From Macrostomum lignano (Eukaryota): a DNA stretch of 64,000 nucleotides. Positions 1 to 11,620 of this stretch are shown one piece after another. Each line of letters opens with the position of its first letter. The first letter of the stretch is position 1. The translations under genes were made by a program, and so were the position numbers. The notes under the pieces are model-generated. The model saw only the letters and a list, made by a program, of their open reading frames with translations, searched no databases and had not been told where the DNA came from. The stretch lies in NCBI GenBank assembly GCA_002269645.1, contig NIVC01000687.1:100624-164623 (forward strand), read 5' to 3'.

Positions 1-723
1 CTTGACCGCATCGCCCTGAGCTTCAGGCTTTTCTTCATCAACCACAGACTCGCGCATCTCAGCCTCCTCTGCTACATCATCTTGAATCTCTTCCGGCTGC
101 TCCCGCACTGCCTCAGCTTCGGCATCTTCGACGGGCGGCATCGGCGGGAACCTCAGCAGCAGTTCAGAGTCGCCGAAGTCACCGCGGCCAAGCCTCAGTC
201 GGGCTGTCCTGGCAGCTGACGATCGCTGCTGCTGCTGCTGAAGCAGGCTCCGCTTCAGCTGACCGTGCAGCATCAGAGGATGCCGCCGAGCTGGAGCACC
301 AGCTGCTGCCAAGTTGGGAGTGGCAATAAGCATGCAGGCGATGGGGCAGGCGGAGTGCTTGAGGCTGAGCAGCTGCGCGAGGCCCGGGCAGGTCACGATC
401 AGCACGCGGCCCCGGCTCGAGCCTACGGCCAGCCGATCGGACAAAGGCGAGATCACGACGGCGACAGCGTCGCCATCTTCAGCTGGCCAGAGCCGCTGGG
501 TGGCCAGGCGGCTTTCGGTGCTGCAGGCATCGCCTTGGAGGCCCTGCTGGTGAGGCTGCAACTGCGACTGCTGCAGCAGAGGCCTCATCATGCAGACCCG
601 GATGGCCAGGCCAGCTGAGCAGCCGAAGTAGGCGTGGGTCAGGGTGGCGTCGCCGCCGAGGGGTGGCTGCGGCAGCAGCAGCTGCAGCAGGCGGCTGCCA
701 GTAGAGCAGCAGAACAGGCTTAC
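1..723 (-). CDS. WDR18: WDR18/Ipi3 (rixosome WD40 protein), exon 3; runs off the window edge
   Basis: Acceptor TCATCAG at 730-724. Hand translation gives an open frame from 723 to 1: VSLFCCSTGSRLLQLLLPQPPLGGDATLTHAYFGCSAGLAI...ARLRLGRG..., comparable to the WDR18 segments VKLWEVSSGELLL and GLTLRLG as I recall them. It joins exon 2 in phase 0. Confidence 0.8.
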
Positions 724-835
724 CTGATGAAGGAGGTAGGCAAATGGCTTGGGGACTCAGGATGTCGATATAACCGTTCCTCTTGAGTCTGCTCTAAGAG
801 ACTCGGGTTTATGACCCTAAGGTCTAATATATGGA

Positions 836-1272
836 ATCTGGGAGGCTGGCCCAGCAAACTGGGGATCTGGGAGGCTGGCCCAGCAACTGAGGATTTGGGA
901 GGCTGTCCCAGCAACTGAGGATCTGGGAGGCAGTGACCCAGCAACTGAGGATCTGGGAGGCAGTGACCCAGCAACTGAGGATCTGAGGCTGGTGGCCCAG
1001 CAACTGAGGATCTGGGAGGCAGTGACCCAGCAACTGACGATCTGATCTGAGGCTGGTGGCCCAGCAACTGAGGATCTGGGAGGCTGGTGGCCGAGCAACT
1101 GAGGATCTGGGAGGCTGGTGGCCCAGCAACTGAGGATCTGGGAGGCAGTGACCCAGCAACTGAGGATCTGGGAGGCAGTGACCCAGCAACTGAGGATCTG
1201 GGAGGCAGTGACCCAGCAACTGAGGATCTGGGAGGCTGGCCCAGCAACTGAGGATCTGGGAGGCTGGCCAAG
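836..1272. repeat. ~26-30 bp minisatellite (GAGGATCTGGGAGGCAGTGACCCAGCAACT) in WDR18 intron 2
   Basis: About 15 tandem near-identical units read directly. It explains the repetitive ORFs 720-1271, 817-1275 and 1118-1303. Confidence 0.95.
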
Positions 1273-1382
1273 CAATGGCTCCAGTCAGGGATCTAACACT
1301 TGATGATAAACACCAAACTATGATCAACAAAGACCCACCGGAGCAACACCTTAAACAGAGCCTCAAAGCCCACAGCTCGCAC

Positions 1383-1694
1383 CTGGCCATTAGCAGCCCA
1401 GGCGGCCAGCATGCAGTTATGCGGAGCCGCACCGATCGGCCGCACGCCGACAGCCGGGCACATGGCAGCCACCCAGCTGTGCAGCGGTCGCACAGCGGAG
1501 GCGCCGCCGCTCCCGGTCGCCAGCTGCAGCTGGGCGCTGGTCAACGCCAAGCCGGAGTCCCACAGGCAGACTAAACCGTCATCCCCTGATGAGGCCAGAT
1601 AGTGGGGAGGCTGCGACCAGGCCAAACAGCGAATGCGGCGATGATGGGAGCCAGACAGCACTGACAGCAGGTCACCTGTGCTGGCGTGCCACAC
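1383..1694 (-). CDS. WDR18: WDR18 exon 2 (WD40 repeat)
   Basis: Pyrimidine-rich acceptor ...CCCTCCTCAG|GTGTGG at 1695/1694 and donor CAG|GTGCGA at 1383/1382; 312 nt, phase 0. Peptide VWHASTGDLLSVLSGSHHRRIRCLAWSQPPHYLASSGDDGLVCLWD matches the WDR18 pattern [26 protein letters not shown]...SGGKDCLVLVW. Confidence 0.88.
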
Positions 1695-1756
1695 CTGAGG
1701 GAGGGGGAGGGGGAGCGGGTGAGATGTGCTCTTGATGAGTCTTCTTTTAGTCTTGA

Positions 1757-2000
1757 GATTTTGAGTAGGATTTGAGAGATTTTAGGTAGGATTTGGGAGA
1801 TTTCAGGTAGGATTTGGGAGATTTAGGTAGGATTTGGGAGATTTTAGGTAGGATTTAGGAGATTTCAGGTAGGATTTGGAAGATTTTAGGTAGGATTTGG
1901 GAGATTTCAGGTAGTATTTGGGAGATTTTAGGTAGGACTTGAGATTTTAGGCAGGATTTAAGAACTTTTAGGCAGGTTTTGGGAGATTTTAGGAAAAATT
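1757..2000. repeat. ~20 bp minisatellite (GGGAGATTTTAGGTAGGATTT) in WDR18 intron 1
   Basis: Roughly 11-12 tandem units visible. Confidence 0.9.
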
Positions 2001-2175
2001 TGGCGAGTTTATTATCAAGTTCAAAAAAGGTAAAACGGTAGGTCGCAGACTGTCAAGTTGAGGTTTTCAAGATATTTTTATCTACTACTAAAATGGAATT
2101 ATATATGACGTTTACGAATGCTGGACAACAGAATATAAATAATTTTAATGACATAATTTGTACAGGTTTTTATTC

Positions 2176-2487
2176 GAGGTTGCAGTCTAGCGATCAGAGC
2201 GTCGGACTCCCAACTAGAAGGTCAGTGGTTCGATTCTCTCAACCCACTCAGAACAATTTGTGTCCTCTAGCAAGACGCTTCATTGCTTCAGTTTACCCAG
2301 CTGTAAAATGGGTTCCAGCATTAGCTGGGGTTACTGAGGGTTGTGTGGAGTCCCCCAATCCCCCCCCCCAGTCCTTGGACTAAACAGCAATACGCAGCCT
2401 TCAGGTGCGCCGTGGAATGGCTTCGGCTGAGCTGTCGGTTGCCCAATTGGGGCAGGTGTAATCAATTACGAGCGTATTATTATTATA
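2176..2487 (+). mobile_element. tRNA-derived SINE with CORE/Meta-like central domain
   Basis: Degenerate A box (TAGCGATCAGAG) and B box GGTTCGATTC at 2227-2236. Central TGTGTCCTCTAGCAAGACGCTT...CTTCAGTTTACCCAGCTGTAAAATGGG resembles CORE/Meta SINE domains. Ends in a (TAT)n tail near 2475-2486. Confidence 0.65.
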
Positions 2488-2624
2488 ACGTAGCACTAAT
2501 TAGATGACGAAGCACCTGAGTGTCTTAACACGTTGAGGTTACTCTAACCTTTTACCCGCAGCATCTGTGACTATGTCATACTTTTACTTCAACATTTAAG
2601 ACTGCTCAACCCTCCTAGCCTTAC

Positions 2625-2933
2625 CAGAATCCGCTCGCCCAGAGCAGCAGCACAGATTTCGCCGCAATCAGTGAACGCCAAAGATGTGGCCTGACTGGGG
2701 AGAACGATTCGCCGGTGCTGCTGCTGTTGCTGCTGCTGTTGCTGCATCTGCCAGCAGCAGATCAGTGGTTTACCAGCAGCCGCAGAGAACACGGTGCCAT
2801 AGTCTGCTGCACAGCACAAACTGCCAGGCACCGGTGGCTCAGTCTGACGGCACTGATTCAGTTGGGTGCCGCTTTGTAAATCATAGCAGCTGGTTTGGCT
2901 GCCCCCGGCGGGTCCCGAGTCGCTTACAATGAG
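2625..2933 (-). CDS. WDR18: WDR18 exon 1 (first coding exon; no genomic in-frame ATG)
   Basis: LIVSDSGPAGGSQTSCYDLQSGTQLNQCR...PLICCWQMQ9HRRIVLPSQATSLAFTDCGEICAAALGERIL aligns with the WDR18 N-terminus (VCTDS...CIVWELHSG...KIMCPGPVTCL...ESIH). Donor CTG|GTAAGG at 2625/2624, upstream CAG at 2936-2934, in-frame TAA at 2963-2961. Confidence 0.8.
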
Positions 2934-3844
2934 CTGCAGCAGATCAAGTTTGAATCTTTTTTAAGGGACTATTATGGGAACTATGGCCTTAAACATTTTA
3001 GTTAACTATACTTAGCTAATAATACTTATATGGATACTTGATTTTATTTGATTTTAAAGTGCTTTGTAAATGGTGAGTGCAGGCTGCCTTAAAAGTTTGC
3101 TTCCACTTTAAATAGTATGTCTTTATGTAAATTAAGTATTCAACTAAATGTAATACCAAATTAATTCAGATTATGCATGAGCAAAAACCAGCCAGAATTA
3201 AGTCTTGGAATGACATTATCTGACAATGTAAGCATTTTGAAGGGGTTGCATGAGAGAACACACACTGGTGTTCATAATAAATGGTGTTTTTTTATATGCG
3301 AAATATATGATCTTTATTAAATAAAACATAGGTTTAATAGCTACAATAACTTCATTTGTTACTATCAGTTTTTGTCAATCAATAGTTACTTAAGACTGAG
3401 CATTACCATCCATGATTATTGATTCATAACATAGTTAGGTCTCCAACATAACAATGTATAGGCTAAGATATAATAAATAAATAATAGCTATGTACTACAT
3501 AATAGCTTTTGTGATTTCTTGAAAAATTTACTAATAAAACATTGTATTGGTTTTCACTCTAGGGATTATGTTAAGGCTATCCTTCACTGCTAACTTATTA
3601 GAGCTAGGTTTTTGTAGTATATAGGTGCTATAGCATCCTAACTTTCATTTTGATACATTGGATTTTAAATACCTTGACACCTATTAGAATTAGCAATTAG
3701 TGGGAACAAGAATAATATTAAATTTGAAAGAAAATCCTAAAGCCAAATTGAATGATTTTTGTTTGAATGAAAATATCAAATAATTTTTTTGAAATTTAAA
3801 ATTTCTTTTATCTAAAATATAGAGCTATACTCTATAAAAGAGAT

Positions 3845-4030
3845 ATAGACCAGACATGCACAACCTTGGGAATCACTTGGCTGTTTCTATTGGAAACATA
3901 TACATGTAAGTTGCTATTGGCTAAGAGCAGTCACGTGACTACTACTCTGTTCAATAGTGACTTACATGTGTGTGTTGGCAATAGAAATGGCCAGGTGAAT
4001 CCCTAGATTGTGCCCAAGCATGATCTAGAC
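3845..4030. mobile_element. Decayed palindromic (foldback/MITE-like) element
   Basis: Arms at ~3868-3920 and ~3951-4003 are reverse complements (about 80% identity) around a central AGTCACGTGACT. Confidence 0.7.
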
Positions 4031-5000
4031 CTTTATTGAAATAAGTGGAAAAAGATGTTCAACCATCTTGGAAAATCTTGGATCTTAAAAATTTTTGGAA
4101 TTTTCTAGTGACATGTTGCAGCTAGAGTTGAAGCAGATGGTTTTGGGTAAATGGCAAGAGTAACTATGACTGTCTTATAAAGGCTAAATGCATCATCATC
4201 TAATTAGTACTACACCTATATTTGGTGCAAAGGTTAACAGGTTTTGCTTTGCGTTGTATTTTTGAGCTACAATTTTAGACCCCATGTCATATATCTATAG
4301 GTTTTCTACACTTATTCCAATAGGGATCTAGACCACTCAATAACTTGGGAAACCTAAAACTTAAAAGTCTACTAGAGCTATTGTTTGATAAGTTTGATAA
4401 GTTTTAGGAGGGAGCTCCTAAGGGTAGAGCAATAGATTCTTTTAGAAATAAATAAATGTTGCTAGTTTTAAAGCTTTTGTGAGGGGAGCTTTAAAGTCAC
4501 ATAGGTTGTTGTTGTTGTTAAACAAGGTGGGTAGCCTAGGGGCTCCCACAGATCAGCCTAGGGAAGGGCTCTGCTGCTAGATCTGTGTGGCCATACTGCT
4601 AGGGGCATATAGCCCAAGAGGCCATTATTGGGACCAGGGCCTAAAGGCCTAGACATACCTAACTGGGGCTACTAGCTCAAACCTATAGACTAAGGCACTG
4701 CCAACACAAAGTGGAATCAGGGACAGTGCTAAGACCAAGTCCACTCAAGCCACCCCCAGCAGACAAATCCTGAAAGTGCACAAAAAAGATTAGAAAAGCT
4801 TTGGAATACTACTAAAAGTGGTCTAAGAGTGAGGAAACCCCAAAGTCTATAGAAAAGGCTTAATTTTGAAGTGAGTCTAGGCAGCCTATTTACCAAGGGC
4901 AAGTATCTTATCAACCCTATTGGAATAAATGTTGAAAACACATAGATATATACATGCTTTAGAAAAAGAGTCAAATTATTTTACAGCACTTTATGATTAT

Positions 5001-5305
5001 TAGAGATGTTCCAAAAGAGCATTTTTGTTGAAATCAAAATTGGCAAACTTTCCAAAATTGAAATTGAAATTTTTCAAAATCAATTTCAGAAAAACAAAGT
5101 TTAGTATGACCAACATTGACTGTTTTACTTTTGATTTACTGCTAATGCAAAAAGAAATATATGTATATGTAGCAGAAATTAGTTTATTTTTGGCCACTTT
5201 TTAGACAATTCCAAAATCTTGACTTTTGAATTGTTTTAAATCAAAATTTGCTCCTAAAAATTCCTAATTTTGGAAATTTCAAATTCAAATTTTGGAACAT
5301 CTCTA
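5001..5305. mobile_element. MITE with 16 bp perfect TIRs, possibly hAT-type
   Basis: TAGAGATGTTCCAAAA (5001-5016) and TTTTGGAACATCTCTA (5290-5305). Flanking 8-mers ATGATTAT and AGCATTAT match 6/8, as expected of a decayed 8 bp TSD. Confidence 0.7.
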
Positions 5306-7917
5306 AGCATTATAAATTACAAGTGTATAGGCTCCTTCTACAAAGGTATTAGACCTCCCATGTATATTTATTTGCTAGAGCAACAGCCAGCAAGAAAGGG
5401 CAGCATACATGTAGGTGCTTTATGCCTATGCTCGCGCTACACTTTAGAAAATTTTCAAAAGTGCACTGGACACTATCTACAGTTTTACAACTTTTTATAG
5501 GGCTTATCAAGAGGTAAAGATGCTATAGAAACCTTCCTATAAGGCTGCAAGCCTCAAGGCTTTTTCACTATACAGCTCTAAACAATTTTGGATATAAGGG
5601 CCAAGCCAATGGGTTAGGGAAGGGCACAAAGGGCAAGAGGAACCCAGACTCAGCCTAGGATTAGTTAGTTAGGGACTCAAGCAATAAGATTTTTGATGTC
5701 ACATGTTGTTGTTAGGATAATAGGGGCTTCAATTATAGTAAGATTAATATTTTCACTTTCAATGCAAAGGGAGCTCTTAAGTCCATAGGATTGGGGCTTT
5801 AACAAAAGAGATTCTAATGCTATATAACCATTGTAGTTAAGATGAGATCATGAGAATTGCCTTAAAAAATTTCTTATTTAGCTTTTTCTGTCAAGATTTA
5901 CTTATGATGAATTTTGTTTAGAAGCAAAATGCCTGCCAAGTTTTCCTGCAATGCTTTTTTCTTGTAAAAGATTTAGCCAAATAACAAATATTGTCTGCAT
6001 TGCCCCTCCTATGCTTAATTAGGGCCTAGTCTTCAAAAAAGGGATTTGTCCAATCACAACATATTAATAACAATAGCATATCCAATGCATTTTTGTAAGT
6101 TTTCATTTCTATATATATCCAAAAGTATATTGGCAAGCTATTAATTAAAGTATATGTCATGTTACTTTGTCCCAAAAATCTACTTATAAAGATTTAGCCC
6201 TATTTAGGCATTAGGAGGCAACATAAACAAAATCTGCTTCCTGGAAAAATGCACTATGGCAAGCATTGCAGGCAAACCCTAGTGAGAAAAACTTGGCAAA
6301 CAATTCATTTATAGGCAAATCTCAACTAGAAAAGCTTAGTGGGCAATTTGTCTGCAGGTAATTCTTATAGACCTAGTTGGGATAATGAGGGCTAAAGTTG
6401 AAATAAATAAAACAAACAAATAAACTACCTAGTGTTTGCCACTATAAAAGAATGCTAAATTATAAAAAATAGAAATCTTTTGTTGTTTCAATCTTCTTGG
6501 AACCAACTGATAAGCAAGCCATCACTCTCACAGATCTTGTTAAGATTTGGAAAATTTATTTCTTTAGTTGTTTAAACATTACAAGATTATATATAAAAGA
6601 AAGGGATAATATAAGAGTAGAGATAGATGTGAAAGGGAAGAGAAAAGAGGGAAAGAGGGGAAAAATAAGAGGAAATAGGAGAGATGAGAGATGAAGGGAT
6701 AGAATAAGAAGAAGAAATAAAAAAGAAGGAAAAAGGAAAGTAAAAAAAGAAAAGGGGATCATGGAAAGAAAAGGGAAAAATTCCTATCATAGCCAATGGC
6801 CATTATCATAGATAGCAATATTATCTGGCATGGATTGGCCCTTGCAGTGGCAGGTGCAGTCTGATAGAAGAAAGGGCAATCTAGTATGATTTAGACCTTG
6901 GCTACAATAAGGATGAGAAGAGATAGGGAATGGGAGAAAAGCAAAAAAAGGAAAAAAAAGAAAAAGGAAAAGAAGATATAAAAAAAGAAAGAAAAAAATA
7001 TAATTGTTAAAAAAGGCAACTGCAGATCAGAAAAGTAACAGTCAAAAAGGTAACTGTCATAATATATTAATTAGAATTACAAGTTCACATGTATTAGACT
7101 TTAGTGTTAAAATGTATGAGTGGGCCTAGCAATATTAAATGTGTGATCTACTTTATGATTCTTAGCTGACTAGTTTAAAAGCTTAATGAATATCAATAGA
7201 GCTCAAAGGAAGGTAGAACATAGCAAAAGATGAACATTGAGTCTGGCATCTATCAAAAGCAATAATAATTAGAAACAAGATACTTGAATTCCAAGTAGAA
7301 CTCTAAGGAAATTTCCAAGGTGATGCTTAAGTAGTCCTTAGTGCATTACAGTAATTGACATGTATGCAGAATATCAATACAAGTCTATAAGTACATTTTA
7401 ACTACTTTATAGGCCTATATTCTAACAAATATACATTTTTTAAAATATAATACTATATATATAAACTTTTATTTGTTGGCTATTGCCCTTTTGACTATTG
7501 CCCTTTTGATCTGTTGCCTTTTTGATTAGTTCCTAAGAAAAGCAATCAAAAGGTACTCAACATCAATTTAATAAACATTGAATGCCATAGAAAAATGTAA
7601 GAGTCACTTTTCTTTTTGTCTATTATTTTACGTGTACTGCCTTAATAAAATACGACTATTTTTCTAAATCGCTAAAAACATCTTTGTGACTGCATAAATA
7701 AATATTTTTATATTGTTAATAGTAACTCTTAATATTGTTTAGTAGCTCAAAGTATAACCTAGTGCTTTTATTAGTTTTAACGCATATGCCATTTTTGTTA
7801 TATTTTGTATATAAGCGAAAGAATAAACTGAAAGAGGAGCATTCCTTCTTTGGCTGCCTGGCTTGACTTGCCTGGTCTTGCCTTTGACCTCCTCCAGCCT
7901 ATCTATAATTGAGGCTT

Positions 7918-8526
7918 TGTAACTGAACATTGTTCTATAAATAGATCAGAATTGGTCTTAGTCATTTACGGGCGTTCCGCTTTCCCTCTCACGTGGAGCC
8001 TTGAGTGCCTAGCAATTCTCTCCCCCGTTCTCCCCAGGATAAACAGTCCCGCCCGAGCAATCGCTCAACCCCCCTCTTCCCCCCAGCAGAACAGGCATTT
8101 CGCTTCCATTCCCCTCCCCTTTTGTAGACAGTCTGTCTGCACAGGTGTATAGCCTTTTTCCCCTAGACTTACTGTCTGATCCTTGCCTATCTTCCATATC
8201 TATTAGGCATATTGCCTTCTTACCAAAAGCGATATTAGATGCTCTGCCTACTCATGCTAGCATACCCTATTAGTTATTAGAAATTCCTTATTAGTGCGCC
8301 AGTCTACTAGGCAACTCTGATCTATCGCGAAGCCTTTACTCTCCCTCCCACTAAATACTTGGACTGAATAGAGATATAGTGTCTTGCCGCTCGGACACTT
8401 CACGCCACTAGGAGCAACCTACGGCTTACTCCTGTCAGTAGTAGAATTTGCATCTTTCTTTATTCCCCAATTACGTCCCTTGTGATAATTTGATAGAATA
8501 GAAGTCAGTAACCTCACCCTACAACA
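7918..8526 (+). mobile_element. Possible LTR (TG...CA) followed by a degraded PBS-like motif
   Basis: Starts TGTAAC, ends ...CTACAACA, and is followed by GATTTTAGTGACATCAGTAAGATT. No second LTR or gag/pol is recognisable. Confidence 0.3.
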
Positions 8527-9547
8527 GATTTTAGTGACATCAGTAAGATTCAAATAGATTACCCAGGAGCCCTGCAACATATATTTTGTATTGTTTATTA
8601 CTATATAACATTATCAATAGCAATAAGAGGTCTCAACTTTCTATTTATGATATTCTTACTAAGTTATTAGCTAATAATATATTATATAAAACAAAAGCAA
8701 AAATTTATTCAATTACAAATATTACTAGGGAATTCTTGAACTTTAGGTATATAAAATAGGAATGAATCCTATCAAAAAAGGTTGCTTGTATCATGCGCCT
8801 AAACTATTCCTATCAAATAAGTTTATTTGTACTGTGTACTGCAACTTTAAAAAAAACAAAAACCAATAATTTTCCATTCGAAAAATATCAATAAAACTTG
8901 TATTTGAACCTGTTTCATAGAAAATGCTTTTTTTCTTGCACCAAATTGAGCCAATTTTTTGTCCTGCACCGTACTGCACTGGATTTATCTTGCCTACTTT
9001 TGCATCGGAATGCACCAGCACAGCACACATCCAACCTCCTTTTATGCTGGAATTTTCTATGAAAAAGGTCATCTTCTTAAACATGGAGAATAAATAGCAA
9101 TAGGCCTATAATTATAAATGGGACTCAAGTCAAATGATAAATATTAAAAAGGTAAGTCCTAGGTTAAAAATATATAAATTTTCTTAAAGACTTAATTTAT
9201 AATTAAGGACTTTATTGATACTTTTTGGCACCTAGTAGATTAGTTTTCAATTGGGCATTAGGCCTATTAGGGTTTTAGACCTAAAAATAAATGCCATATG
9301 GCCTTGTGATTTTAGCAAAAATCTTTAATATATAGGCCCCTAAGCCTAGTTAGTTCTTTTTAAAGCGTGAAAAAAATTATATATTTCAAAATTTGCATTA
9401 TTATCAAAATTTAATACTTCCATGGCATAGGCCCTATACCTGCCTGTAACTTGTACATTATTAAATTGCTAAAAAGTCTCTAATTAATTATTATTGAGCT
9501 TAATTGGCATATTTTGGTGTCATATTGAATTGAACAGCACTAAAATA

Positions 9548-9659
9548 GGCGATTTCTTAGTTTCCCGCGTTTAATTATAACCCCCACCCCCCACCACCCT
9601 TGAATAGAGGGCGAAATAATTCCGTAAAATAATTAAACGCGGGAATCTTCAGGATCGCC
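9548..9659. repeat. Short inverted repeat/hairpin
   Basis: TTCCCGCGTTTAATTAT (9562-9578) and its perfect reverse complement (9629-9645), with outer GGCGAT/ATCGCC. Confidence 0.7.
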
Positions 9660-10929
9660 CTAAAATTGCCAGAACCCAAAAAACCTCCATTCAAGCCATC
9701 GTGGCATTGACCATTTCCATTGTCATTGAAGGTCTGGAGAATTATTTGACTAATTTACTAAGAAAATTTAGGCCCTAACTGAAAATATTTTCAAAGTCTT
9801 TATAAGCCAATAAGCACACTTATAAGCATTAAATACGACTTGATAAGCATAAGTAAACTTTTTCGTAGAATTCAAGTTTTAAATGTTTTGAAACAGTGTG
9901 AAAATATAATTAAAATCCTGTTACCCAACTATAGAAATTATAGAAAATTACTACAAGCGATATTTATTTTTTTGTTTTTTAAGCTTGGTTGCAGTATGAA
10001 TATTTTTTTTATCAAAATATTAGTAATAATAAAATTTGTTTTAACTTGTTTTGTTGTCAGAATGGGAAGCTGGAGGCTCCGGTCTCTCTCTCATCATTTC
10101 ACGCTTAGTAAATAAAAGTTGTGCTATCCGAAGTGAAAGCACGAGACTCGCCCCGGCGCAGACTATTTGCCCGCCGAGCTTCTTCTTGTTGAGCTTCCCA
10201 TTCAGAAACAAGGCATACGCTTATATTTCTTGGCCCCCTCGGGCCTCCTCAAACAACATGGCTAGCATACATGATGTAGCTGGATGTCCTTGGATGTAGC
10301 TGGTTCGACTGTACATGTTCACGGGGAAATTGGATCACTGAGCCTAAATGACAGCTCTACACTTATACTGGTTTAAACTTTAACAAACAAATTAACGCAA
10401 TCAAAACACCCCCTTGCAACGCAAGTCTTAAGATCTACATATACCCAGATTAAACTGTTCGGGATATACTGTAGTAAATTAAATTATATACCACATATAC
10501 ATATACATGTATCAAATGCATATATTCTTGTATGTTTTCATCTCTAAGACTATATATACATGTTAGGGGTACATCCCGGTGAGCTACTGTATAAGGTATT
10601 ATATAATACGCATCCAATGTAAAAAGCATTGTCCAAGGACCATAGCTGACGTACAGCGGCCCCTTGCACTAATGATATTCACCTAGCTTTCTTCTTCATA
10701 TTTTAAACGTCATATTTAGATCCTATATATCATTATAGGACTGAACAGTACCATCCAATTAATTGAGCAAATTCGTATGTGCTCAGCTCAACGCATAATA
10801 GCAACAGAATAGCACAGCAGAAGCTAGTCTACAGCTTTCAGTGAGTACGAGTTTACAAGTTCTTTGAGTTGGTTTCATGATCTTACTATATCTGAACGGA
10901 TGCAGGCTGCAGGTGGATTTAGCAAAATA

Positions 10930-11620
10930 CGCGCTGCAGTCGATCCTGATTGTTGTCTTATTAGATTTTAAGAAATTCGACTCAGTCGCGTCAGATCCAT
11001 GCTAATAAAGGTGCACCTCAATCACAATGGTGCTATAGCAGCCTGTGTCCGCCATCATGGCAATGCACACCGTGATACCGTGATACGAAAGCTGCAGTCG
11101 CAAGAACGGACGTCCTATCGAACTTTGAGAGGCATCCCTTAGAATGCTCCAGCGAGATACGCTCGCACCGTTCCTGTTCGTTCTAGTGCTTGACTGGGTG
11201 CTGCGGATTGTTCTTCTTACCAACGATGACGGCTTTCTTCAGGGTGCTATCATCCGCATCGTCAGCAGTTCGTCTCTCTCGATGGTCTGGTTCCCGAGGG
11301 CGGCGTTTTATTCTAGGCGGTGGTTGAGACCGTCCTGCTGTTACAACGCTGAGATCTGGACCCTGATGGACTCGCTCAAGCAAGTAGTAGATGCGGGGCA
11401 CGCTGGCCTGCCGCGTTCCACCTTCAAGATCGGTGACAACTGAGTTTCCAAAGCGGCACTTTATCACCGCCTCGGTCTGGTCCGTGGCCACATCGTCCGC
11501 GCCGAGTCGTACTGCGCACAGCCGGTGCAGGAGGCACCGCTGGTGACGCTGCAAGCACCCTACAGACAGACACTCGGCGCTTCCTCGACTGCCTGTTGGC
11601 TGAATTCGTTCGGCCTAAAG
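10930..11620 (+). pseudogene. Degenerate RTE-clade non-LTR retrotransposon (RT and C-terminal region)
   Basis: Motifs LDFKKFDSV and LQRDTLAPFLFVLVLDWVLR (RT GVLQGDTLAP-type), then YNAEIWTL...HIVRAESYCAQPVQE...LQAPYRQ. Contains deletions, stops and frameshifts. The 3' part is homologous to 13251-13700. Confidence 0.8.

Noticed and set aside
265-618. Plus-strand ORFs at 265-618, 314-553, 1275-1574 and 2684-2932
   Set aside because: They are antisense shadows of WDR18 exons.
8791-9084. 97-aa minus-strand ORF with Cys/Trp residues
   Set aside because: It has no recognisable domain or convincing splice context, and lies in AT-rich repeat debris.
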